Positions 29,514-38,825 of a DNA stretch of 64,000 nucleotides are shown piece after piece (position 1 is the stretch's first letter; each line of letters starts with the position of its first letter). The notes beneath the pieces were generated by a model, which saw nothing but the letters and a program-made list of their open reading frames with translations, had not been told where the DNA came from and did not search any database. This stretch comes from Bispira polyomma (lineage: Eukaryota): the NCBI GenBank assembly GCA_965649765.1, contig OZ287749.1, positions 64,294,001-64,358,000 of the forward strand. Direction: 5' to 3'. The position numbers and the translations under genes were made by a program.

Positions 29514-30289
29514 GTAATTTACCGACAACCAGTAGATCAGCACAGGGACGTGTATAAGTTGAGCGGAAAGGTGGTAAATAATAAAGATCTGAGAATTAGG
29601 GACAGAAATCATGAGTTTAAATTGTCTAGTAATATTTCGGGAAGTCGGACAGATGTAAACAGTGTTAATGCTACAAATTGGTGTCAAAATGTTGATACTG
29701 GAGAAAGTACAAAAGATGTAATTAAAGTGGTCAATGGTCAATCAGACCAAATAAATGACACATTATTTAAAGGTAGTGATAAAAATAGAAATAGAACAGT
29801 AAATAAGTATTTAAAAGAACTGAATACTATTTGTCATGTAAATGTTAAATCTAGTGCTGGGATGAGAAAAGTACCAAATGTAAACACGAGTGTTGATAAT
29901 GTACTGAATAATGTGAATTTGTGTAATGCAAATGTTACATCTAGTGTTGGGATGAGGAAAATACCAAATGGTAACACAAGTGTTAAAAATGTATTGAATG
30001 ATGTGAAATTAAATATTTCAGGCGCAGACCCAGCAGTATTTACATTTATTAAGCATGATTCCAAGGCCAGTTTTCAGGAAGAACATCATAGCTGTGACAA
30101 CAGATGTGTCAACATATTTCAGGATTTAATGTACACTAACCAAACTAACACTGGAATAAATCATAATGTAAACGACCACAGTACAGGTTTTAAGGCTTAG
30201 ATACAAATATTGATCAGAAACAATCGGATTTTAGTGTCATGGTGGTCACTGCCAAGGTTTCTATGACTAACTGGTGACACTGTCAGGGG
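29514..30289 (+). pseudogene. Asn-rich N-terminal extension of Pol, broken by a frameshift (~30190) and a TGA (30275)
   Basis: Open frame 29514-30200; the RT frame is open from 30194 except for one TGA; contains a 90-bp (30-aa) tandem repeat at ~29830-30010. Confidence 0.55.
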
Positions 30290-32545
30290 ATGGGCAAATA
30301 TTTTCCAATAATACATGTGGGAACAGATAATGCTGAAATTTCGGTGTTTTATTGGCAACAACCAAGTGAAGATCAGGTGCATTATAATTACATAAAATGC
30401 CAGGATTTGGCAGATATTCCACTTCACATTTCTTACACCACGGAACAAGACTTGGCAGTGTACAACCAAATTCAGCATCATGATCAGGAGGCCATGACCT
30501 TGGCTAAGCAAACTTTCTTACTTCATGAAAAAGACAGACAATGCATGTCCCAATTTGGCTATGATTATGCTGATCATATCACTGCTATTATTGACAAGTT
30601 GATAAGTGATGATGCTGATACTTTGGCACACGATGACAGTAATACTGTGGTAAATGGTCATAATACTAACACTATTAACACCAATGTTCATTGTAATGTA
30701 GCACAGAATGCTAGAATCATGTCGTCCGTTTTCTCTGAACATATTTCCGAAATTTCTCCAGTCAGCAAAAATTGTAAGGACAGTAAGGCTAAGGATTTCA
30801 ATCTCCCTGATAAGGATAGGGGATTTATTGCTCTTTCGGCTACAGATTTCACTTTTTATGGCCCAGATAGGGATTTTAAAAAATTTGACAATATTGATGC
30901 GTTTATTGAAGTAGCAAACATTATTAAGGACACAGTCTGTTTCAATTACAAAGGGGCTCGGATTCCTTTGCTCTCTGACTTAAATATCGAGGCTTGGGAA
31001 AAATTGCTCAGCGACTATCCTGATAAGTTACTTTTTCAGTATCTCAAATTTGGATTCCCACTTTCCCTTACTGATTCTGATCAACCTAAAATTACTGAAG
31101 TTGCTAACCACCATTCGGCTCTTCAGCATATAGATGCAGTTGGCCAATACCTGGAAAAAGAATATTCACACGGTGCCATGTTAGGTCCAGTTAATCACGT
31201 TGACAGTGATTTATATCACTGTTCTCCCCTTCTCACACGTCCTAAAGATAACAATAAGCATAGGGTGATTCTGAACTTGTCACACCCTCAGGGTAACTTG
31301 GTCAATGACAAGGTAGACAGGGACTGTTTTGACAGGGTCAGATTTGCTCTTAAGTTCCCATCTATCGACGATATTACAGCCAAAATCAGAGACGCCCCTG
31401 ACGCTAGGATATATAAACTGGACATCGCCAGGGCCTTTCGTAACTTAAGGGTAGACCCAGTCGACGCCATGAAACTAGGCATAAAAGTTAAGGGTAACAG
31501 CTACATTGATCCTGCGGTTGCTTTTGGCTGGGTCCACGGCTCGGCGGCGTTCCAGCGTCTCTCTGACGTCATAGCACATGAAATGGGTAGGTGTGGTCAC
31601 CAGGTGTTCTGTTACATCGATGACTACATTGGTATATCCCCCAGGAACGATGCAGATAGGGCTTTTCGTGATATAACTGATCTGGTGACCTCATTAGGTC
31701 TTCCTAGCGATCAGGACAAGTTATCTCCCCCTAGTACTAAAGTAACGTGTTTAGGCATTGATATTGACTTGAATGAGGGCGTTATCAGCATAACTAAAGA
31801 AAAAATAAAGGAAACCTATGATGCTTGTTTAGAAATAAGTAACAAAACCTGGATCTCGCAAAAAAAATTTCAATCTATTCTAGGTAAGCTTCTCTACATA
31901 CATAAGTGCATGAAACCTGCACGCATTTTTGTCAATAGACTTCTTGCAGCTTTTAGGAATAATCCACTGGTCAAAAGATTTAAGGTTACTGAAGAGATTA
32001 AGGCAGATTTGCAATGGTTTGTCATTTTCTTACCAACTTTTAACGGGGTTACTTACATAGAACCACTAGAACAAACCCAAGGAAATGAAGTGTTCATAGA
32101 TGCTTGCTTTACTGGTTTAGGCGGCATTTATGGCAAACAAGTATATACTGTCCCCTTTCATAATATATATAACCTTAATCTCACAATAGTTCACTTAGAG
32201 ATGTTGAACATCCTGATTGCTCTCAGATTATGGGCAGTCGAATGGGCACACTCTAGAATAAAAATGAACTGTGACAATATGGCAGTAGTGCTGGTTGTCG
32301 GTTTTAGTAAGACTAAGGAAAAATTTCTCGCTCTATGCCTCAGGAGCGAGCCAAATATGCCAGCCAAATATGATATCACACTGGAGGTCCAACACATTAG
32401 GGGCAAAAAGAACGTCATGGCAGACTACCTTTCTAGAATATATTCAGAAAATCCAATAACTGTGGACATTAACAATGATGACTATAAACACCTCATCTGG
32501 AATCATATTCCAGTAGCTTATTTTATTATAAATTTTACATTATAA
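30290..32545 (+). CDS. pol: Ngaro Pol: reverse transcriptase + RNase H (751-aa open frame)
   Basis: RT motifs SPLLTRPK..RVILNLS, YKLDIARAFRNL, FGWVHGSAAFQRLS, YIDD, KLSPPS..CLGI; DIRS-type RNaseH FIDAC..GLGG, IVHLEMLNI, CDNMAVV, HIRGKKNVMADYLSR with all acidic catalytic residues present. Confidence 0.95.
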   Translation: MGKYFPIIHVGTDNAEISVFYWQQPSEDQVHYNYIKCQDLADIPLHISYTTEQDLAVYNQIQHHDQEAMTLAKQTFLLHEKDRQCMSQFGYDYADHITAIIDKLISDDADTLAHDDSNTVVNGHNTNTINTNVHCNVAQNARIMSSVFSEHISEISPVSKNCKDSKAKDFNLPDKDRGFIALSATDFTFYGPDRDFKKFDNIDAFIEVANIIKDTVCFNYKGARIPLLSDLNIEAWEKLLSDYPDKLLFQYLKFGFPLSLTDSDQPKITEVANHHSALQHIDAVGQYLEKEYSHGAMLGPVNHVDSDLYHCSPLLTRPKDNNKHRVILNLSHPQGNLVNDKVDRDCFDRVRFALKFPSIDDITAKIRDAPDARIYKLDIARAFRNLRVDPVDAMKLGIKVKGNSYIDPAVAFGWVHGSAAFQRLSDVIAHEMGRCGHQVFCYIDDYIGISPRNDADRAFRDITDLVTSLGLPSDQDKLSPPSTKVTCLGIDIDLNEGVISITKEKIKETYDACLEISNKTWISQKKFQSILGKLLYIHKCMKPARIFVNRLLAAFRNNPLVKRFKVTEEIKADLQWFVIFLPTFNGVTYIEPLEQTQGNEVFIDACFTGLGGIYGKQVYTVPFHNIYNLNLTIVHLEMLNILIALRLWAVEWAHSRIKMNCDNMAVVLVVGFSKTKEKFLALCLRSEPNMPAKYDITLEVQHIRGKKNVMADYLSRIYSENPITVDINNDDYKHLIWNHIPVAYFIINFTL

Positions 32546-32551
32546 TTTCAG

Positions 32552-33527
32552 ATGTTTTCACTGTTACACAGCCACTTATGACTTCAGCATGGGACAGACT
32601 TAACACTGCTCTTCGCCCAAATACTGCATCAGCATAAAGTAATCAGTTTAAGACATTTTTGGCTTTCAATTGCTTTGTTAGGATTCAGGCAGTTGACACA
32701 CAGTCATTCCTTGCTTTCCTAGAATATTTGGTACAAAATTCTCTTTCTCCTAAGGCTATTGCAAACTATCTTTCTGCTATTAAATTTATGGCTAGGAAAT
32801 TTCATTGGGATTTGGCTATATTTAAAAACAACACGGTTGCTTTATTTATGAGAAGTTTGTCCCATAATTCGCATTTCAGACCTCAGCCTAAAGGTATATT
32901 TAACATTAAACATATGGCTCTTATCTCGCAGGGTTGCGACATACTTTCTGTTCCTGTGCTATATAGGGCCATCTTTCTCCTTGCTTTTTACGGGTTTCTT
33001 CGCATATCCAACATTGCTCCACACTCTAGGGCTACCTTTGACCCCTCCAGACATTTCGTAAGAAAGGATGTCATATTTGGCCATCCAGGGGCCCACATTA
33101 TTCTCAAGTGGGCCAAAAACTTACAGGATAGGTCCCAGTCACATGTAATTCAAATCCCCACGGTTAAGAACACCATTCTTTGCCTTGTGAGGGCCCTACA
33201 GAGATTACTCTCATCTAGACACCTTCCTGACTCTGCACTTTTGTTTGCAGAATCTCACCATCCAAACTTCTCAGTGATAGACACTCATGTGCGTTCTGCA
33301 CTCACTTCTGTGTTGACACATATAGGCATTCCACACAAATCACACACATTCCACACATTCAGAAGGTCAGGTGCCACATATGCCTTTAACAATAACGTTT
33401 TTTGCAAAATATCATGTCTCATGGGCTGTGGAGGTCATCAGCAGTTTGGACCTATCTTCAGAAAACACCACAAGCAGCCTCCACAGTCCCCCTTACCTTT
33501 GCCTCCTCTATTCCCCTAAATTTTTGA
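32552..33527 (+). pseudogene. Tyrosine recombinase (YR) of the retrotransposon; one nonsense codon and one frameshift
   Basis: AFYGFLRISN (catalytic R) and HTFRR (HxxR). After a 1-nt loss in the T-run 33398-33403 the frame reads LQNIMSHGLWRSSAVWTYL (H and catalytic Y) to TGA 33525-33527. In-frame TAA 32635-32637 sits at the expected Tyr of the RPNTASAY motif. Confidence 0.92.
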
Positions 33528-33537
33528 CTTTGGGTTT

Positions 33538-33733
33538 GGGTGTTTTTAAAATCTGGATATTTTAAAATCCTATTATACTATATTTATTGATAACATTATA
33601 TATTTTATTAATATGTACAGTAATAAAACCTCAAACCTAGTTTTATTCCCTTGTTCACATTTGCAAACTTCATTCAACTATGTAGCTCTAGAACTTAACT
33701 TTGGCCTTGACCTTAATACTTCACTAGTAAACT
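33538..33733 (+). repeat. Split direct repeat B1 (contains AATAAA 33622-33627)
   Basis: Matches 34592-34782; abuts A2 to form the circle-junction copy ...AAACTGTGTATAGC. Confidence 0.95.
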
Positions 33734-33939
33734 GTGTATAGCACGACCACATAAGGGTTCTGATAATTCAGTTCAATAGTTAGCTTATACCTTAACCCCT
33801 AGGGAATGAACCTGACACTAAAACTTCAGGAGCATTTACTAATCAATAACCAATCACATTCATTCCACCAATTGCTAGAGCACAATTCCCAATTGGGGGG
33901 GTCATTCATATTGAGACCACATCATGTAGAGGAACACAA
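33734..33939 (+). repeat. Split direct repeat A2
   Basis: Matches 27946-28150. Confidence 0.95.
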
Positions 33940-34591
33940 TAGAAAAGTGCCCACCGCCACCTCGTCTTCCACCAAAATATCCCTTATTAACAATAAGGTT
34001 TTCTCAAGGCACTTGATTAGAAACAACTCTGTTGTTTTGTTAGCAGCAATATGGACTCGTGACCATGTGGAGGTATGGTTCCCCCTTGGTAACTACCCCT
34101 TGGGTGGGATCCAGGGAGGATTATTAGCTCTGCAGGGGGGAACCTTCCTCTGCTAGGCGACTAGGTGCCACAGGTCACGAACCCCCTACATTGCTGCTTA
34201 GGCATTGAAACATAGCACACATTTTCAAGTATATTTATTTTATCATACTTTAGTCTAGCATAAAGGCTTAGGATGAGTTGACAGAGTACTTGCTGACAGG
34301 TACCCATCTAGGGCAATGGCTTGCTGCTAGTTGTATTTGCACATTATATATCTAGGGCAGACTTAAAAGGATTACTGCAGTATGTCCGTTAGATAGTCTC
34401 ATTTTCATATGTAAGAATTATATGTTTTACATTGTTGCCTCCTGCGTGGGGTTTCTCTATATTTATTAATGATATGGTAATAACCAGTAACGTATGGTCA
34501 ATGATGAATTATTGGTTTATACACTGTGGAAGGAACTAGACTTGTTTAATTACGTCTTGTGATATTTCCTTTTATTTTCTGTACTTTGTAC
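33940..34591 (+). ncRNA. Candidate structured non-coding RNA/ssDNA element in the A2-B2 spacer
   Basis: Three nested long stems (34042-34198), three consecutive triloop hairpins (33982-34037) and a CTAG-GCGA-CTAG GNRA hairpin; no credible ORF. Expression is not shown. Confidence 0.45.
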
Positions 34592-34782
34592 GGGTGTTTT
34601 TAAAATATTTTAAAATCCTATTATACTACATGTATTGATAACATTACATATTTTACTAATATGTACAGTAATAAAACCTCAAACCTAGTTTTATTCCCTT
34701 GTTCACACTTGCAAACTTCATTCAACTATGTAGCTCTAGAGCTTAACTTTGGCCTTGACCTTAATACTTCACCAGTGAACTG
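34592..34782 (+). repeat. Split direct repeat B2 (3' terminus; AATAAA 34670-34675)
   Basis: Matches 33538-33733. Confidence 0.95.
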
Positions 34783-35645
34783 ACAACACATTGTAGCAAT
34801 GGGGCGAAATATCTGTTATACTAACCACAAACATTTAAAGAACAACAGTATTTGTCATTATTATGTTCTTTCATGAAAACCAGAAAATCCTTAGATTTGT
34901 AATTTATGGCTTAGTTTTAACCCTTGAAAATGACAAACTGTGGTCAACTACATCTGAAAGAATGTGGTGAAGTTTTCCCAAAGGTTCACTTCTAATTTGT
35001 GCGCATTTACAAATTTAAAATTCCTTACTGATTCACAAATCCTAAAAAGAGTCCTGAAATGTAATTGCCTTATCACGCTGATTGGTGCACGCAATCCCAT
35101 TAACGGCGGGAAAAGAAAAAGACGAACAAAACGGTCCTCTGCCATTAAAACAAAGGGCCAAAAAAATTAAGATGGAGAGGCAAAATAAAGCACATCAACA
35201 ATTGACACTGGCATCTTACATGTAACCAAAAAAGTGCATAAATCTGCACATATCTAGTCTCAAAACTTCCATGGTAAAATGGTAAAACTGGTTTAATTAT
35301 TCAAACAACAAAAAATCGGTGAAGTCCTTTTGGAAAAATATATACACACATTTAAAATATTTTTGAAATATCTTTTTTTTAAAAAGACTTTTTGCCTAAA
35401 CATTTACATGGGTAGTGTGATGTAAACATTGAATAAAATTATGTAGTTTTCCATAAAAAATATTATTGGAAATACAAATATATAGCTTTTTAACTTAAAT
35501 CTTTTGTTTTGTAGTTGGTTGTTTTTGATCACTTATTAAAACATTCACTTAACTAAACTAGAATGATACTCAATGAAATGCAGATATCACCGACAAGCAC
35601 CACTGCACCTGAAAAAAAACATTTGCACCTTGTGTCGCCTTGATG

Positions 35646-35815
35646 CAGCTTTTTGCAGAAGCTCTGTAGCAGTTTTTGCGGGAGCTCAGAAGTAGTTTTT
35701 TCAAAAGCCCTAAAGCAGCTTTTGCAGAAGCTCTGAGGCAGTTTTTTTTTCGGTAGCTCAGAAGCAGTTTTTTGCGGTAGCTCAGAAGCAATTTTCTGCT
35801 GTAGCTCAGGAGCAG
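35646..35815. repeat. ~24-bp minisatellite (CAGAAGCAGTTTTTTGCGGTAGCT-like), ~7 copies
   Basis: Direct inspection; explains the repetitive ORF 35570-35830. Confidence 0.85.
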
Positions 35816-36384
35816 CCCTTTCATTGTCATTGAAATATCTATCAGTTACCCTGTAGTATAACTATGGAAACCATTCCTCTCACCCAAAACAGAAACCCAT
35901 ACTAACAGCCAAATCTGTATGCAGACCTCTAACACTTGCCATAAATGACACCAAAAGGAAGATATATATTACTAAAGCTGTCCATTGATTGTCTTTGCTC
36001 CCTGTATGAATGGAATGCCTGCATGATGTCATGGCCTACAACACTAATAATTGGCACAAGGCTGTTCTGTCTCCAAAACACATAGGGCAATGCCAGCAGC
36101 ACCATGGTCAATGATTGTGGTAATATTTGTAGCTATAAATTAAGACCACTGCTTGACAAGAGTTGCCTTTTGAAAAATAAACAAATATTAATCTAACACT
36201 AACCCTCAGTCTGGACAGATCGATTGCTTTTTACCAATCTATGAAGGCCTTATATATTATTTGCAACATGTAAACAGTACTTTACAACATGGCCACACCC
36301 TTTTCACAGTGAAAAAATATCAGGCTGCATCTGAAATGCAAAATCTTTATCCAAGATACAAAAATGTGTCCAAGTTTTTAATTC

Positions 36385-36565
36385 CATCAAAGAGGTTATA
36401 TTTTCACTTTTACTTATCACTTAGTTTTTTTATCGACAGGATTACACCAACACTACTAAACCGATTTACATAATATGTGTTAGAGGGACGGTGGCATGGG
36501 CAAAAGAAAAGAATCCATTAATTGTCAGAGCGGACCCTAGTAGAAGGGTAGATCCAGGATTTTAC
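36385..36565 (+). mobile_element. Degenerate HINE-like fragment
   Basis: GAGGTTATATTTTCAC..CAGGATTAC..AAACCGATTT..AAGAATCCATTAATT..GATCCAGGA pattern typical of Helentron-associated elements. Confidence 0.4.
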
Positions 36566-37021
36566 TGGCAGCCCTGTTAAATTTAATACATTTATTTTGA
36601 TGAGTGTAACCACCCAGACTCACATACTGTACTTACAAAAGCAAATGTTACTGAGAGATAGAGGGTCAGTCATGTATAAAATACAGTATTTGTAATATTG
36701 CAGTTAGAATGATAATAATAATGTTATCTGGTCTAGCCTGGCTTCAATAAGTCACTCAGTATAGTACTACCACTTCACAAAAACACTTCAATATATACCT
36801 ACATTCAAAAATACTCTTACTTTAAAAGCTTGCCCCACTTTGTTACTGCAGCTCGGTGGTTTCCAGTATAAATAGTAGTGGGGTTTTTGTCACCAATAAA
36901 TCTGGCCTTCACAAAATGACTAAAAATGTGAAAGAGAAGTAAAAGCCCAAATATTATTACTGTTATAAATCAATCTCTAAAGTAGCCATTCTCTGAAAGG
37001 GGTAGTCTTTATATAACATAG

Positions 37022-37145
37022 TCTTTGTCGTCATCAGCAGGTTGTATCCTGTTCACATCTTGCCCAATGATGTTATCCCCTAATAAACCTTGTGACCTTC
37101 CAATATGCAGACCAACTCCCCTAACCAAGTGTTCAACCACAGACC
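37022..37145 (-). mobile_element. SINE fragment (family of 826-985)
   Basis: Reverse strand GGGATAACATCATTGGGCAAGATGTGAACA..CTGATGACGAC. Confidence 0.6.
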
Positions 37146-37814
37146 TTCTACTGAGCAGCCAAATTCCCATAAGCACTAGCCAATGGGAGACGGCCACACG
37201 GCCAAATGAAGTAGAACAAGTCAACTTATTTCTTCCAAAAAGGTCCAATTCTGTTAACTGCTTGTGGAGATGTGTAGCTACTGTTCTGTTCTACTTACTT
37301 CATTATGATCAGGTTCTTGTTCTGCCCAACTAATTATTCTTTGCTTTGTTGATGTATTTTTTACATGACTAGACTGAAGAGCATCTGCATGGAAGATGTA
37401 CTGATTAAATGGAAGTAAGAACAAAACAGTGGTGTTTACAAACGATAAAGACATTAATTATATATTCCAGTGTGTGTTTCAACAGAAGACATATCCCTTA
37501 TTGTGGTATTATACAATGGAATATATTTTGTAAAAAGTAACCCTCGGCATTTTAATCCACAACAATTCCCACTGTATTTCTTTTTAAGTCTTCCCTTTTT
37601 CATATGGTGAAACAATGGTCTCAAGTACTCAATGTATAGGTGTATTGGGGACTAATGACAATAGGCATATTATGCTCCTGTTTGATTTTCACATTTAAAA
37701 GGATGGCTGAAATACCCTAGATGGGTAAGACTTGAAGATGGAACATTGTAACAGCTTTATGATGTTTGTCATTAGAACTTCAGAGGTCAAGAGTAGGGTG
37801 GATATAAGAATTCC

Positions 37815-38200
37815 TCGTAAATTTGGGTATCACATTTGACTCATCATTTTTCTTTGACGATAATATCTCTAAAATATGTCAATCTCTATATTTGCCACCA
37901 CAAGAGAATAAAAAACACCTATCCCATCAAACTGCCATAGTCATAGCAAATACAGAATTAGTAAACAGATTGGATTGTTTGCTTTCTCTGTTGCAGCACC
38001 AACCTTATGGAACAATTTACCAGCCGATATAAGATCGTAAGACTCATTTCTTCACTCTCGCTTACCCTCCATAGATATCTTTCTTATCCACAAATTTGCT
38101 TTAGAAACGGACTACGATGTTTACAACTTTGTCAATGATGTTGCGCTTTAGAAGATGCCTGGCATCAATTAGGCGCTTTAAAAATCTATCATATCATAAT
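37815..38200 (+). mobile_element. L2/CR1-clade LINE 3' fragment, decayed
   Basis: LGITFDSSFFFDDNISKICQS...KHLSHQTAIVIA..L..RLDC resembles the L2 ORF2 C-terminal LGVxFDxxLxF..RLDYC; GCGCTTT-type tail. Confidence 0.7.
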
Positions 38201-38258
38201 ATAAGTTAAAAACAAGGCTCCTTTCTATATATCAGTATAAAAAGTAACACAAAAACTA

Positions 38259-38825
38259 CAGGGGGGGACAGCAATTCGTGGTGGACAGCATTTCGCCATA
38301 AATATGGTTATTACACCTAATCACTGTATAAAATTAATTTTAAAGGAATTATTTTCACATTATAATATCCATACAACATACACATGCCTACACCAAAAAT
38401 ATATAGATTATTGTTTGCCTAAATAAATTTTAAATGAATTTAAAGTGCCAACACAGCTAAATAAACATTGGTACTACCCAAAATTTCTTTTCTGTTTCTC
38501 ATATTATCTATCGTTCACATAAACTATTTCATAACATAATTATTATTGTTAATAAAACCTATAAGTAATATTTTAATCTAAATATTTACTATTGTTTGAA
38601 AATGGCGAAATGCTGTCCACTTTTTAATCAATATTACCCTGTGACTTTGGTTTCTAACTTGTGGTTAAAATTCATCAGAAGTACCTTAATGTATCTGGAT
38701 ATGAGTCTGATTTGTATGCAATGGAATGACCTCCACAAATTACCAGTGAATTGCCTTAACATTGTTTCCTTTTGCTCATATTTGTCAAATTTCTGTAAAT
38801 TTCGAGCGAATCGCTGTCCCCCCTG
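38259..38825. mobile_element. Tc1/mariner-type MITE with TA target-site duplication
   Basis: TIR CAGGGGGGGACAGCAATTCG / CGAATCGCTGTCCCCCCTG with TA at both ends; internal inverted pair GTGGACAGCATTTCGCCAT (38281) / ATGGCGAAATGCTGTCCAC (38602). Confidence 0.85.

Larger units (their letters stand above)
27946..34782 (+). mobile_element. Full-length tyrosine-recombinase retrotransposon (DIRS order, Ngaro-like) with split direct repeats A1...B1-A2...B2
   Basis: gag-like, RT-RNaseH and YR ORFs in order; no DNA methyltransferase domain after RNaseH; split direct repeats; no TSD (flanks TTATA / ACAAC). Confidence 0.95.

Noticed and set aside
28943-32418. Antisense ORFs within the retrotransposon
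   Set aside because: Shadows of the sense-strand ORFs, with no independent motifs
33806-34156. 116-aa ORF over A2 and the spacer
   Set aside because: Runs through repeat A and the stem-loop region with no homology I recognise; not the SGNH hydrolase seen in some Ngaro elements
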